In this document: one piece after another, positions 22,209-33,826 of the stretch | Numbering within the stretch: position 1 is the stretch's first letter | How the letters are laid out: every line of letters begins with the position of its first letter | NCBI GenBank assembly: GCA_038142265.1 | Contig: JAYQJR010000007.1 | Coordinates: 96,061-160,060, forward strand | Origin: Pelagibacteraceae bacterium | Lineage (GTDB): Bacteria > Pseudomonadota > Alphaproteobacteria > Pelagibacterales > Pelagibacteraceae | Length of the DNA: 64,000 nt | Direction: 5' to 3' | Program-made: the position numbers and the translations under genes | The notes under the pieces: generated by a model | What the model was told of the DNA's origin: nothing | The model's input: the letters and a program-made list of their open reading frames with translations, nothing else | Database searches by the model: none

Positions 22209-23502
22209 TATAGCTTTTTAAAATCTCTAACTCTAATCATAACTATTTTTTTAAATAGTTTCTTTTGCTTTTTTAAAGTTTTGAGAACTTTTTGAATATT
22301 TTGCTCTTTAGAAGCGTGTGTAACAAGCATAACATTAGCTAGTTTATTTCTAGAAGGCTCCTGGAATAAATTTGAAACACTTATTTTGTTTTTAGCGAGT
22401 GAAGAAGTAATTTTAGACAAAACTCCAGGAACATCTTTTGTTAAAAACCGAATATAATACTTTGATACATGGTTATCAAAATTAAATAATTTCATATTTT
22501 TTTTGGCTGATGGAGAAAGTCCAAATGAAAATTCATCATTGCCAAGCATAATAGATGTAATATCTGAAATTATTGCTGATGAAGTAGGTCCTTTTCCGGC
22601 TCCTGGTCCTTCGTAAATTGTTCTTCCTATTGGATTGCCGTCTACAACGATAGCATTTGTAACATCGTCAATATTTGCAACGTCCAAGTTAAAAGGTATC
22701 AAGCATGGATGAACTCTTTGTTTTATTTTGCTTCCTAATTTTTCAGATATTGCTAGCAATTTTATTTTGTAACCAAGGTTTTTAGTAAATCGAATATCAT
22801 CGATTTCAATATCTCGTATACCTTCAACTAAAAAACCTTTATTAATAATTTTTGATCCAAAACCTATAGAGCTTAATATCGAAATCTTAGCAGCTGCATC
22901 GTAACCATCAACATCAGCAGTAGGATTACTTTCAGCATATCCTAATTTTTGAGCGTCTTTTAATACATTTGGAAAATTTTCATTTCTTTTTTCCATTTCA
23001 GTTAAAATATAATTTGTTGTACCGTTTAAAATTCCGTAAATGTGGTGAAGCTTGTTAGCTATCAAGCCTTGTTTAATAGATCTAATAATAGGAATTCCAC
23101 CTCCAACAGATGCTTCAAATAAAAGATTAACTTGTTTCTTTTCAGCTAATACTGACAAAGCGTCACCGTGTTTAGCAATTAAAGCCTTATTTGCTGTAAC
23201 TACATGCTTGTTATTATTTAAAGCACCGAAGACAACTTTTTTGCCATACCATCGGCTCCACCTATCAATTCAACTATAATATCAATTTTAGGATTATTAA
23301 TAATTTTTAAAGGATTTTTTTCTAATACACCTTTAGAAAAGTTAACCCCTCTTTTTTTTTTAATATTTCTTGCTGAAGCTTTAATTATATTTAATTTAAA
23401 TCCAGTTTTTTTCTTAATATCAGAAGCATTTTTTCTAATATTTCTATAAACCTCAAGACCTATATTGCCTAATCCAACAATACCAATATTAAATTCTTTC
23501 AT
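22208..23502 (-). CDS. hom: Homoserine dehydrogenase with ACT domain (frameshift near 23235)
   Basis: GLGNIG, HVVTANKALIA, FEASVGGGIP, GILNGTTNYIL, GPGAG. Confidence 0.95.
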
Positions 23503-24515
23503 TATTCCAATCCTAATTTTTCATCAAAACCAAATCTAATGTTAAAGTTCTGAACAGCTTGGCCAGCAGCACCTTTTAACAAATTATCAATAGTACAAGA
23601 TACAATAAAGGATCCTTTCATTTTATTTTTAAAAATTGCTATATGAGCTTTATTTGTATTTACAATCTTATCTGTGTTGATTGCAATAGAATTAAAAACT
23701 TTAATAAATACTTCATTTTTATACTTATTATTTATCGCCTCAAAAAGCTCATCAAGTGAAAAAGTTGAATTGACATAAATTGTTGAAAGCATGCCTCTAA
23801 AAGTAGGAATTAAATGAGGAGTAAATGATGCCTCAATTTTTTTGTTAGCAAATTCGGATAAATAAAAATCTATTTCAGGCATATGTCTGTGATGACCAGC
23901 TCCATAGATAGCTATATTTTCATCGATGTTTGGGTATTGGTCATTATTATAAATTTTTTTTCCTGCTCCAGAATAACCAGATTTACTATCAATAATAATT
24001 GAATTTATATCAATTAAGTTATTTTTAACTAATGGATAAAGTGGAAGTAGAGCTGATGTAGGATAGCATCCAGGACAAGCAATTAAATTAGAGGTTTTTA
24101 TTTTTTCTCTATAAATTTCAGATAAACCATAAACAGAATTTTTTTGAAGTTCTGGGCTTTCATGTTTAACATTATACCATTTTTCATAAGTAGAAATCTC
24201 TGGAATTCTAAAATCAGCAGATAAATCTATAATCACAACATTTGAAGATACTTCATTTGCTATTTTATGAAGCTCAGCATGTGGTAGAGCTGGAAAAAAA
24301 ACATCACACTCTTCAATTAATTTAGGATCAATTTTTTTTAATTCCGGAAGATTGTTAATTTTTTTTGGTAATAATTTATAAATATCTTCATTGATGCTTT
24401 CATTTACAAACAAATATTTAATATTTGCATTAGGATGATTATAAAGTTTTTTGATTAACTCTAATCCTACAAAACCAGTTGCACCTGCTATAGCAATGTT
24501 TAATTTCTTGCTCAT
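23502..24515 (-). CDS. argC: N-acetyl-gamma-glutamyl-phosphate reductase
   Basis: GATGFVG, DLSADFR, ACPGCYPT, SGYSGAG, DNLLKGAAGQAVQN. Confidence 0.96.
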   Translation of the reverse strand: MSKKLNIAIAGATGFVGLELIKKLYNHPNANIKYLFVNESINEDIYKLLPKKINNLPELKKIDPKLIEECDVFFPALPHAELHKIANEVSSNVVIIDLSADFRIPEISTYEKWYNVKHESPELQKNSVYGLSEIYREKIKTSNLIACPGCYPTSALLPLYPLVKNNLIDINSIIIDSKSGYSGAGKKIYNNDQYPNIDENIAIYGAGHHRHMPEIDFYLSEFANKKIEASFTPHLIPTFRGMLSTIYVNSTFSLDELFEAINNKYKNEVFIKVFNSIAINTDKIVNTNKAHIAIFKNKMKGSFIVSCTIDNLLKGAAGQAVQNFNIRFGFDEKLGLE

Positions 24516-24569
24516 TATTAATAAATTTAAATGTGTTTGAATTTAAAACAATAAAAAACTAAAAGAATA

Positions 24570-24980
24570 TTATCTTTTAGAAAACTGAAATCTTCTTCTA
24601 GCTTTTCTTTGACCGTATTTTTTACGTTCAACCGTTCGAGAGTCTCTCGTAAGAAGTTTGTTTTTTTTAACTACTTTTCTAGTATCAGGAGCAGTACTAA
24701 CCAATGCCTTTGATATGCCGTGTGTAACAGCGCCTGCTTGACCACTCATTCCACCACCTTTTACAGTGCAAACAATATCATAAATATCTTTAGATTTTGT
24801 AATTGATAAAGGTTTTTCGATAGCTAGCTGATGAACAGGTCTCTTGAAATATTGAGAATAGTTTTTGCCATTTACAAATATTTTACCAGAACCCTTCAAC
24901 ATCCACACTCTAGCAACAGACTCTTTTCTTTTGCCAGTAGCGTATACAGCATCACTTGAAATTTTTACTACTTCGCTCAT
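24570..24980 (-). CDS. rpsI: 30S ribosomal protein S9
   Basis: [22 protein letters not shown]-terminal QFSKR. Confidence 0.98.
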   Translation of the reverse strand: MSEVVKISSDAVYATGKRKESVARVWMLKGSGKIFVNGKNYSQYFKRPVHQLAIEKPLSITKSKDIYDIVCTVKGGGMSGQAGAVTHGISKALVSTAPDTRKVVKKNKLLTRDSRTVERKKYGQRKARRRFQFSKR

Positions 24981-25441
24981 TAATTAGATCTCACGTTTTT
25001 TTTATTTAATTTACCAAAATCAATTACTTTAATTTTTTGTGCATCATGAGGATGTTTGTCAGATGTATAAATTTTTAATTTTGTTAATTGTTTTTTTGAC
25101 AAAGGGCCACCTGGCAACATTCTTTTTACCGCTAGTTTTAGAATATCTTCAGGCTTATTTTTTTCTAATAAATTAGATGGAGTTTTTTCTTTAATACCGC
25201 CAGGGTAACCAGTATGTTTATAATACTTTTTATCTGTAAATTTTTTTCCAGTAAACTTAATTTTCTCTACATTTGTGACAACTACAAAGTCTCCATTATC
25301 CATATTAGGGGTAAATGTAGCTTTGTTTTTTCCTCTTAAAATTTTTGATATTTCAGCAGCCAATCTTCCAACTACAACATTAGTAGCATCTATATGATAC
25401 CAATTATTTTCTAATTCGCTTTTTTTAATAAAGTTTGTCAT
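24980..25441 (-). CDS. rplM: 50S ribosomal protein L13
   Basis: GRLAAEI...[20 protein letters not shown]. Confidence 0.98.
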   Translation of the reverse strand: MTNFIKKSELENNWYHIDATNVVVGRLAAEISKILRGKNKATFTPNMDNGDFVVVTNVEKIKFTGKKFTDKKYYKHTGYPGGIKEKTPSNLLEKNKPEDILKLAVKRMLPGGPLSKKQLTKLKIYTSDKHPHDAQKIKVIDFGKLNKKNVRSN

Positions 25442-25453
25442 TTTGAAAGCTGC

Positions 25454-25482
25454 TAATTACTGTCATTAAGCTCAAGTGTCAA
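25454..25482 (-). promoter_or_regulatory. Sigma70-type promoter of rplM-rpsI
   Basis: TTGACA-17 nt-TAATTA, 12 nt upstream of the rplM ATG. Confidence 0.6.
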
Positions 25483-26503
25483 TTAGCATTTCGATCGTTA
25501 TTTAGAGAAAATAAGGCATAAATTGCTGCTGTAATTAACAAAACCGAGCCCATTTGATGCATGCTGGCCAAGTAAATATTTAACCCAGAAATTAAAGTTA
25601 AAATACCCAAAGCTATTTGAACAAATAAAGCAAAATATACTGGGTAAATAAATTTTTTATTTTTTAATTTTCTAAATTTAAAAAAATATAAAAAAATAAA
25701 CAAAACAAAAATAAAATAAGCTAATAACCTATGAATTAATTGAACATAAGATGGGTTAGTTAAAGACATAGATGAAAAAATATTTAACATATTAATATCA
25801 TCAGCTATAAATCTACCATTCATTAAGGGCCAAGTTTGATACAATAATCCAGCATTAAGACCTGAAGTGAAAGCGCCCCAAACTATCTGGGCAATTATAA
25901 GTGTAATCATTATAAAAAGAACTTTAGAATTAGTATTAAAAATTAATTTTATTTTATTTTCTTTGTGATTAAAAAAAGCAAATAAAAGAAGACAATAAAT
26001 AATTATAGCAAGCGATAGATGGGCAGCTAATCTAAAATGACTGACATCTGTATCTGAAACAAGTCCACTCTTAACCATATACCAACCCATAAAACCCTGA
26101 GACAAAAATAATAAAAAAATAAATCCAAAAAATTTTTTATAAAAAGAGGTAATTTTTTCTTTATAACAAAAAGTATAAGTATGGAATTAAAAAAAACAAA
26201 ACCAAAAATCTCGCAATAACTCGATGCAGATATTCCCAAGCAAAAATTACTTTAAACTCATCCAATGTCATTCCATAATTAATTTTTTTATATTCTGGAA
26301 TTTCTTTGTATAAATTGAAATATTCTATCCATTTTTCATGAGTAAAAGGAGGAAGCAATCCTGAAAAAACTTCCCATTTGGTGATGGACAAACCTGATCC
26401 AGTAAGTCTTGTAAAACCTCCAACCCAAATAAGGAGGATCAAAAAGAAGGCAGCAGGTTAGTAACCAATAAAAATATATTTTATTTTGTTTTATTTCTTG
26501 CAT
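25479..26503 (-). CDS. ctaA: Heme A synthase, Cox15-type (at least two frameshifts)
   Basis: VGGFTRLTGSGLSITKW, WEYLHR, QGFMGWYMVKSGL, VSHFRLAAHL, HQMG. Confidence 0.92.
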
Positions 26504-26526
26504 ACTTTTATGTATATTTTTTTTAG

Positions 26527-26820
26527 ATGAAAAAAAACAATAAGTTAATAAATTTAAAAAAACTAGAAAAAGTTAGGTTCAATATAGATAAGATTGATAT
26601 TCAATTATTAAAGCTTTTATCAAAAAGAAAAAAAGAAGTTCTAAAAGTAGTTAAATACAAACCTAAAAGTAAGATTGTAGATAAAAAAAGAATTGCCTCT
26701 ATGCTCAAAAAAAGAGTAAGAATTGGAAAAAAATTAAATATCGAAAAATTCATTATTACCAATATTTGGCTTTCAATGATTAACTCTTTTATAAAACTGG
26801 AAAGAAAAAAATATAAATAA
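26527..26820 (+). CDS. Chorismate mutase type II (AroQ-like)
   Basis: L..VR.NIDKID.QLL.LL.KR...V.KYK...VD..R. Confidence 0.8.
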   Translation: MKKNNKLINLKKLEKVRFNIDKIDIQLLKLLSKRKKEVLKVVKYKPKSKIVDKKRIASMLKKRVRIGKKLNIEKFIITNIWLSMINSFIKLERKKYK

Positions 26821-26822
26821 AA

Positions 26823-27014
26823 TTATTTACTATGTGGTGGTAGTTTTTTTTCCACAAACCATTCATGCTTTCTGGTAGCAGGATTAAACTTTTTCATTTT
26901 TAATTTATCTTTAGCCTTTTCACCAGCAGAAGGTTTTTTTACGTAGTAATAAAATTTACTATCTGGTTTTTCTTCTGGAACTAGCCTTACTTTAACTGAA
27001 GATTTTTTAGCCAT
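26823..27014 (-). CDS. rpmG: 50S ribosomal protein L33 (Cys-free form)
   Basis: KL.MKKFNP..RKHEWFVEKK. Confidence 0.9.
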   Translation of the reverse strand: MAKKSSVKVRLVPEEKPDSKFYYYVKKPSAGEKAKDKLKMKKFNPATRKHEWFVEKKLPPHSK

Positions 27015-27366
27015 TTATATATTTTTTTAAATTTTTAATTTTATCTTTAAATTTTTTTAATTTTTCAGTGTTTATATTTGTATTTTGTGAAGTGTCAATC
27101 TCGTTGTTATTTAATGAAAGAGCTTTTATTGCTCCCTGTATTGTATGACCATCATCTTTTAATAACTTTTTTATTTTTTTTAAAAGAATGATATTTGAAT
27201 TAGAATAATAACGTCTATTTTTATAAATTAACGAAGGTTTTAAGTTCTTAAATTTTGACTCCCAAAACCTAATTACATGTGTCTTTCGTTTACCAGTTTC
27301 AGGATCAATAATGCCTAAAATATCACAAACTTCACCTATCGTTTTATAAGCTTCTTTTGATTTCAT
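27007..27366 (-). CDS. MerR-family HTH regulator (ihfA-associated type)
   Basis: YKTIGEV, HVIRFWESKF, RRYYS, GHTIQGA. Confidence 0.9.
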   Translation of the reverse strand: MKSKEAYKTIGEVCDILGIIDPETGKRKTHVIRFWESKFKNLKPSLIYKNRRYYSNSNIILLKKIKKLLKDDGHTIQGAIKALSLNNNEIDTSQNTNINTEKLKKFKDKIKNLKKYING

Positions 27367-27653
27367 TACTTGTTAATTTTTTTTAATAAAAACTTTGATG
27401 GTTTAAAAGTTATCACTTTTCTAGATGAAATTTCTTTTTCTTCTTTTGTTTTAGGATTCCTGCCAATTCGCGCTTTTTTATGTTTAATTTCAAAAGCGCC
27501 AAATAATGAGATTTTTACTTTATTATCCTCTTCAAATTTTTTTGAAACAACTTCAAACATTGAATCAACAAATTTGATGCACTCATTTTTTGAAATTCCA
27601 AGTTCTTTATGGGTTAAGTCGTATAATTCTTGACGAGTAATATTGTTAGACAT
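27366..27653 (-). CDS. ihfA: Integration host factor alpha
   Basis: VKISLFGAF...ARIGRNPKT...ITFKPS; position between plsX and MerR. Confidence 0.88.
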   Translation of the reverse strand: MSNNITRQELYDLTHKELGISKNECIKFVDSMFEVVSKKFEEDNKVKISLFGAFEIKHKKARIGRNPKTKEEKEISSRKVITFKPSKFLLKKINK

Positions 27654-28668
27654 TTAAATTAATAAAATTATTTTTAATTTTATTAATTAGATTACCATTT
27701 AATATTCTGTATGACAAACTGATCGAATTATAAAAAGCAAATGCATCAGCGCTTCCGTGGCTTTTTATTACTGGAGCATTTAAACCAAGAAAAATGGCAC
27801 CGTTAAACTTCCGTGGATCTAATTTTTTCTTAATATCTTTAAAAGCAAAATAACTAAACAAATAACCAATTTTAGAAAATATAGATTTAGAGAATGATTT
27901 TTTAATTTCTGTTGTTATAAAATTTGCAGTACCCTCGGCTGTTTTAAGGGCAACATTTCCTGTAAAACCATCTGTTACAATTACATCACAATCACCATTT
28001 TTGATTTCATTTCCTTCAATAAAACCTTTGTAATCAAAATTGGTAATTTTTTTTTCTAAAAGATAAGAATTGGCATTTTTAATTGACTCATGACCTTTTA
28101 TTTCTTCTGTGCCAATATTTAACAAAGCGCAACTTACTTTTTCTTTATTAAAAATTGCTCTAAAAAGCTCTGTTCCAAGAAAAGAAAACTCGATTAAATT
28201 TTTTTCAGTACATTCAACGTTTGCTCCTAAATCAAGTAATAAACTATAACTTTTAAAATTAGGCCATATTGCTGCTAAAGCTGGCTTATCGACACCATCA
28301 ATAGTTTTTAAAATCAGTTTAGACATTACAAGTAAAGCACCAGTATTTCCAGCGGATACAATAATATCACTTTCTCCACTTTTTACAGAATCAATTGACA
28401 TCCACATACTAGTTTGTTTTCCAATTTTAATAGCATCTCGAACAGAACATTCATTAGGAACTTTGTTTTCAGAATGAATTATTTTTGAATTTGATGAATT
28501 AATATTTTGATATTTTTTAATTTGAGAATTTATTAATTTTGTATCACCAAAAATGTTTAGGAAAGAATTTTTATTATCTTTTAGAAACATGTTTATTCCT
28601 TCTAAAACTTTTTCAGGAGAATTGTCACCGCCCATTGCATCAACTGCAATGTTAAATTGCTTATTCAT
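27646..28668 (-). CDS. plsX: Phosphate acyltransferase
   Basis: IAVDAMGGD, SAGNTGAL, DGFTGNVALKT.EG, KSHGSAD. Confidence 0.96.
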   Translation of the reverse strand: MNKQFNIAVDAMGGDNSPEKVLEGINMFLKDNKNSFLNIFGDTKLINSQIKKYQNINSSNSKIIHSENKVPNECSVRDAIKIGKQTSMWMSIDSVKSGESDIIVSAGNTGALLVMSKLILKTIDGVDKPALAAIWPNFKSYSLLLDLGANVECTEKNLIEFSFLGTELFRAIFNKEKVSCALLNIGTEEIKGHESIKNANSYLLEKKITNFDYKGFIEGNEIKNGDCDVIVTDGFTGNVALKTAEGTANFITTEIKKSFSKSIFSKIGYLFSYFAFKDIKKKLDPRKFNGAIFLGLNAPVIKSHGSADAFAFYNSISLSYRILNGNLINKIKNNFINLNV

Positions 28669-28674
28669 TTATGA

Positions 28675-28854
28675 TTAGTTTTTAGGCTTAAAAATTTGTT
28701 TACCGTTATACATACCTGTTTTTTTATCAACATGATGAGAAAGTCTAAACTCTCCACTTTTTTTATCTTCTACTACATTTTTAAATGTAGCAGCCAAGTG
28801 AGATCTTCTCATTCCTTTTCTTGAAACAGATGTTTTTCGTTTAGGTACAGCCAT
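28675..28854 (-). CDS. rpmF: 50S ribosomal protein L32 (59 aa, below ORF-track cutoff, Cys-free)
   Basis: Manual translation [19 protein letters not shown]...[22 protein letters not shown]. Confidence 0.95.
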   Translation of the reverse strand: MAVPKRKTSVSRKGMRRSHLAATFKNVVEDKKSGEFRLSHHVDKKTGMYNGKQIFKPKN

Positions 28855-28872
28855 AATTAATTTGGGGTAATA

Positions 28873-29307
28873 TCATTTAAATATTGTTAAATCAATATTT
28901 TATAATAATTTTGAAAAATTATTTTAAATAATTAGAAAAATTATCAATATTTTTAAATCCATTAAAATATTTTTCTATAAATAATTTTTTTTTTCATGAT
29001 GGCTTTTTATAATCAAATTTTTAAAATCTATCTAAAATAGAATAAAATTTTGTAACTATAATTTTCATTTTTTTATTTACAGACATATCTCCAAATCCAA
29101 GCTCTCTTAAATCTGTTTCAATTCTTTTAAAAATATAATCAAAAAAAGTTTGTTTGTTATAATCTTCTAGTATTCCTAAATTAAAAGCAAAAGACACACA
29201 AACTAAAAAAAGGATGATTTTATTATCTAAAGTTTCTTGTAAATAATCGATATAAATTTTTGGATTTCTAGAGATTCTAATAAAATTTTATTATATAAAT
29301 CTTCCAT
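28873..29307 (-). CDS. Ubiquinol-cytochrome c chaperone (Cbp3/UQCC1 family); several frameshifts, ends approximate
   Basis: Manual translation gives DLRELGFGDMSVNKKMK, the family hallmark; usual position divergent from bamE. Confidence 0.75.
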
Positions 29308-29769
29308 GTTCAATTCAAAATTTTTAATATTTGTAATAATAATTTTTTTTTCAGTTTTCATGTTCATTTAATAAAATAGATAAAGTTCATGGTGTTTCTA
29401 ATTTAAAAAATAAAATTGAAAAGATAAAAATTAATAAATCATAATAAAAATGATGTAATAAATATTTTTGGACCTTCAATATTAATTGATCAAAAATGAA
29501 AAAAAATGGACTTATTTTGAAGTAAGAGAGACAAAAAATAAATTTGGTAAAAAAATTATTTATGAAAATAACTACGTTGAAATAAAATATGACAAATATG
29601 GGTTGGTAAAAGAAAAAATCATCTTTGATTTAAAAAATATGAAAGAAATTAAATTTTCTGAAGATAAAACTGAAACTTATGCTTTGAAAGAAACTTTATC
29701 AAAAATATTCTTTCCTCTACTAGAAAACGTTTAAAGAATGCTAGAGATAAATATAAACCGATTAACTAA
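29306..29769 (+). CDS. bamE: Outer membrane assembly lipoprotein BamE-like (several frameshifts)
   Basis: Reconstructed signal peptide plus [31 protein letters not shown]; gene context. Confidence 0.65.
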
Positions 29770-31865
29770 TGAGCTATAATTGCTAAGAGCAATAAAGCAA
29801 CAATGTTAGTAATTTTAATCATTGGATTAACTGCAGGACCAGCTGTATCTTTATAAGGATCGCCTACTGTATCGCCAGTTACTGCTGCTTTGTGCGCTTC
29901 AGAACCTTTGCCTCCAAATTTACCATCTTCGATATATTTTTTAGCATTATCCCAAGCTCCACCACCAGCAGTCATAGAAATTGCTACGAATAAACCTGTA
30001 ACAATAACTCCTAATAACATAGCACCTAAAGCCGATAAGGCTGAAGATTGATCTGCAATAATAAGAACTACATAATAAACAACGATTGGAGACAGCACGG
30101 GCAATAAAGAAGGTATAATCATTTCTTTAATTGCTGCTCTAGTCAACAAATCAACTGCTCTAGCATAATCTGGCTTTTGTTTTCTTTTCATAATACCAGG
30201 CATTTTTTTAAACTGTCTTCTAACTTCATTAACAACAGCTCCACCTGCTCTACCAACAGCTTGCATTCCCATAGAACCAAATAGGTATGGTAATAAACCT
30301 CCGATCAATAAACCAACAACTACATATGGGTTTGAAAGATCGAAACTAACTTTAATACCACTTAATGCTGAACCGCTTTGAGCTGAAAAGTATTTGATAT
30401 CTTCTGTGTATGCTGCAAATAAAACTAATGCACCTAATCCTGCTGAACCAATTGCATAACCTTTAGTTACTGCTTTTGTCGTATTTCCAACTGCATCTAA
30501 TGCATCAGTAGTTTTTCTTACATTAGAAGGAAGTTTTGACATTTCAGCAATACCACCAGCGTTATCTGTAACTGGGCCATATGCATCAAGAGCAACTACC
30601 ATTCCTGTTAAAGCAAGCATACTTGTTACTGCAATAGCAATTCCAAATAATCCAGCTAACGAATAAGTAACAATAATACCTGCAACGATAATTAATGCAG
30701 GTAAAGCTGTTGCTTCCATAGAAACTGCTAAACCTTGAATTACGTTCGTTGCATGACCTGTTGTTGATGATGCAGCAACTGATTTTACTGGTCTGTAATC
30801 AGTTCCTGTATAATATTCAGTTACCCAAATAATTAGTCCTGTAATAACTAAACCAGCTACACCACAAAAATATAGATCTTGACCAGTAAAAATTAATTTT
30901 CCAACTTTATATGATGTATCTAAACCAATTACATAATCAGTTAGTTTATACATTCCGATTAAAGATAAAATTGATGTTGCAATAAAACCTTTATAAAGCG
31001 CACCCATAATATTTTTGCTTTGACCTAATCTTACAAAATAAGTTCCTATAATAGATGTAATGATACATAGACCGCCAATAGCTAATGGATAAACCATCAT
31101 AGCTGCACTTTTAACAAAGAATATTGAAGCTAAAACCATAGTAGCTACAACTGTAACAGCATATGTTTCAAATAAGTCTGCTGCCATTCCTGCACAGTCA
31201 CCTACGTTGTCACCAACGTTATCTGCAATAACTGCAGGATTTCTAGGATCATCTTCTGGAATCCCAGCTTCTACTTTACCAACCAAGTCTGCACCTACGT
31301 CTGCACCTTTAGTAAATATTCCGCCACCAAGTCTTGCAAAAATAGATATTAATGAAGCACCGAACCCAAGTGCAACTAAAGCATTAATAACTTCTCTTTT
31401 ATCTACACCGTTAATTAATAAAATTTTATAATAAACTGCGATTGCTAATAAAGCTAAACCAGCAACTAACATTCCAGTTATTGCTCCAGATTTAAATGCG
31501 ATATCCAAACCATGAGCAAGACCTTTTCGACTAGCCTCAGCAGTTCTTACGTTAGCTCTAACTGAAATTAACATTCCAATATAACCAGCTACACCTGATA
31601 AACTTGACCCAATTAAGTAGCCTACGGCAACAAGTGGACTAAATAAAAAACCTATTAAAACTAAAACAACAACGCCTACTACTGCGATTGTTTTATATTG
31701 TCTGTTTAAATAAGCTTGAGCACCTTCTTGAATTGCGCCAGCAATTTCTTGCATAGTTTTATTTCCAGTTGATGCGTTTAATATTTGGTTGCTAGCAACT
31801 GCTCCGTATATAAGAGCTGCAAATCCAGCAACAATCACATAAGTTAATATGTCTGATGGGTTCAT
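29766..31865 (-). CDS. hppA: Membrane H+-translocating pyrophosphatase, K+-independent type
   Basis: [26 protein letters not shown] (Lys marks K+-independent); likely start MNPSD. Confidence 0.95.
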   Translation of the reverse strand: MNPSDILTYVIVAGFAALIYGAVASNQILNASTGNKTMQEIAGAIQEGAQAYLNRQYKTIAVVGVVVLVLIGFLFSPLVAVGYLIGSSLSGVAGYIGMLISVRANVRTAEASRKGLAHGLDIAFKSGAITGMLVAGLALLAIAVYYKILLINGVDKREVINALVALGFGASLISIFARLGGGIFTKGADVGADLVGKVEAGIPEDDPRNPAVIADNVGDNVGDCAGMAADLFETYAVTVVATMVLASIFFVKSAAMMVYPLAIGGLCIITSIIGTYFVRLGQSKNIMGALYKGFIATSILSLIGMYKLTDYVIGLDTSYKVGKLIFTGQDLYFCGVAGLVITGLIIWVTEYYTGTDYRPVKSVAASSTTGHATNVIQGLAVSMEATALPALIIVAGIIVTYSLAGLFGIAIAVTSMLALTGMVVALDAYGPVTDNAGGIAEMSKLPSNVRKTTDALDAVGNTTKAVTKGYAIGSAGLGALVLFAAYTEDIKYFSAQSGSALSGIKVSFDLSNPYVVVGLLIGGLLPYLFGSMGMQAVGRAGGAVVNEVRRQFKKMPGIMKRKQKPDYARAVDLLTRAAIKEMIIPSLLPVLSPIVVYYVVLIIADQSSALSALGAMLLGVIVTGLFVAISMTAGGGAWDNAKKYIEDGKFGGKGSEAHKAAVTGDTVGDPYKDTAGPAVNPMIKITNIVALLLLAIIAH

Positions 31866-31948
31866 TATATTTTTCCTTTTTGTAGTAGTTAAAAAGAGGC
31901 TAATTGCCAAATAAAATCAATAAAATCAACTTAAAAGAGCCTAAAAAA

Positions 31949-32323
31949 CTAGCTCAACTTAGTCGCAACACGATCCAAAACTCCATTTACAAGCCTTTTT
32001 TGGTCATTAGAAAAAAATACTGCAGTAACATCTAAATACTGATCGATAACAACCTTAAATGGAATTTTTTGACAATATTTTAGCTCATAAATTGAAGCTT
32101 TAAGAATAATTTTAAGAAGCTGATCTAGATTTTTATAATTGATTTTATCAGATAAAGATTCCTCTAATATCTTATTTAGCTCATCTTCTTTTTCAAAATA
32201 ACCTTTAAAAACTTTTTTTATATGCCGTAAATAAGGATCTTTACCAAAAGAAATCAATCCTTCTGGGTTGTTTATTTTTTCATATATTTTTTGAACAAGT
32301 TTTGTTCGTGTATCAGTCTTCAT
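31949..32323 (-). CDS. nusB: Transcription antitermination factor NusB
   Basis: IL.ASIYEL, IPFKVVIDQY, LVNGVLD; follows ribH. Confidence 0.9.
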   Translation of the reverse strand: MKTDTRTKLVQKIYEKINNPEGLISFGKDPYLRHIKKVFKGYFEKEDELNKILEESLSDKINYKNLDQLLKIILKASIYELKYCQKIPFKVVIDQYLDVTAVFFSNDQKRLVNGVLDRVATKLS

Positions 32324-32733
32324 TTTAAATTTTTTAAAACTGATATTAATGCTTTAGCTGCTTCAATGCCTTTATTTTTATTTTTTGAACTTCTTATTTT
32401 TGCTTGAGATATGCTTAAACAATTTAAAACACCATTAGATATCGGTAGATTATATTTTAAAGACAAGGACATGATCGAGTCCGAAATACTTTTTGAAATA
32501 ATGTCAAAATGAGGAGTTTGTCCTTTTATAATACACCCTAAAGCTAATGCGGATGAATATTTTTTATTTTTTTTAAGTATAATATTAATTAATTGAGGAA
32601 TTTCAAAAGAACCATCAACACAATAGGTCTCGAATTGAACTTTATTTTTTTTCAAAACAGTTAAAGCACCATTTAAAATATTTTTAGATATTTCTTTATA
32701 ATAATCAGAGTAAACAATTAAACATTTTTTCAT
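32320..32733 (-). CDS. ribH: Lumazine synthase
   Basis: GSFEIP, ALGCIIKGQTPHFD, NKGIEAA. Confidence 0.95.
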   Translation of the reverse strand: MKKCLIVYSDYYKEISKNILNGALTVLKKNKVQFETYCVDGSFEIPQLINIILKKNKKYSSALALGCIIKGQTPHFDIISKSISDSIMSLSLKYNLPISNGVLNCLSISQAKIRSSKNKNKGIEAAKALISVLKNLK

Positions 32734-32737
32734 ATTT

Positions 32738-33825
32738 TTATTTAAATATTTCCTGTTTTAAAATCTTAATATCAAACCCTTCTAAACCTACTATTCTTTT
32801 TTTTGATTTTGTAACCAATACTATCTTTTTTAATCCTAATTTTTTAATAATTTGAGCACCTACCCCGTAATTTCTAATTAAATTTGATTTAAATTCTCTA
32901 TCTGATTTTGAAAATTTTATATAATTAGACATGTCTTCATTCATACCACTTTGTATAACAACTAAAGCAAATGAATAATTTTTTTTCATGTAATAAAGAT
33001 TGTTTAAAATATATTTGTTTAATAAATTTTTTTTAAATACTTTGTCATCACTTAAAGCAATAACTCTAACTCGAGGAATACCTTTTTTAAATCATTTGAT
33101 GTAATTACAAGATGTTTTTTATTATCTATTTTATTTTTAAAAGTTCTTAAAAGGAAAGACTCTCCTTTTAGATTTAAATTTGTTCTCTTAATTTCATTAA
33201 TAAAAGACTCTTTTTTTAATCTATAAGATATCAAATCTTCAATTTTTGCTATTTTTAAATTATGCTTTTTTGCAAATTTAAATAGCTGATCTCTTTTTGC
33301 CATCGATCCATCGTCATTCATAATTTCACAAATAACTGCAGAATTTCCATTGATTGATAATTTTGCTAAATCAACTGAAGCCTCTGTGTGTCCCGCTCTA
33401 ATTAAAACTCCACCTTGTTTTGCTACCAAAGGAAATATATGGCCAGGTGAAACAATATCATCTTTTTTTGCATTTTTTTTAACAGCAGCTAAGATTGTTT
33501 TAGATCTATCAAATGCAGATATACCAGTGGTGACTCCTTTTTTAGCTTCAATGCTAACAGTGAAAGCAGTACTAAAACGAGATAAATTAGAATGAGACAT
33601 TAACTTCAGACCCAAACGTTCTGATTGTTTTTTATTTAAAGCTAAACATATTAAACCACGTCCATGCTTAGCCATAAAATTAATTTTTTTAGGAGTGCAC
33701 TTGTTTCCTAAAAAAACTAAATCGCCTTCATTTTCCCTAGATTCATCATCAACTAAAATAAAAATAGACCCACTTTTGGCAACTTTGATAATACTTTCTA
33801 TACTTGTAAATTTATTTTTAGTCAT
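32738..33825 (-). CDS. ribB: DHBP synthase fused to a degenerate GTP cyclohydrolase II-like domain (RibBX-type; frameshift near 33085)
   Basis: VDDESRENEGD, RAGHTEASVDL, ICEIMNDDG; C-terminal RNYGVGAQII. Confidence 0.92.
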
Positions 33826-33826
33826 T

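Noticed and set aside
28855-29485. Apparent 600-bp AT-rich non-coding region, a possible origin or ncRNA
   Set aside because: It resolves into frameshifted Cbp3-like and bamE coding sequence; no DnaA-box cluster seen.
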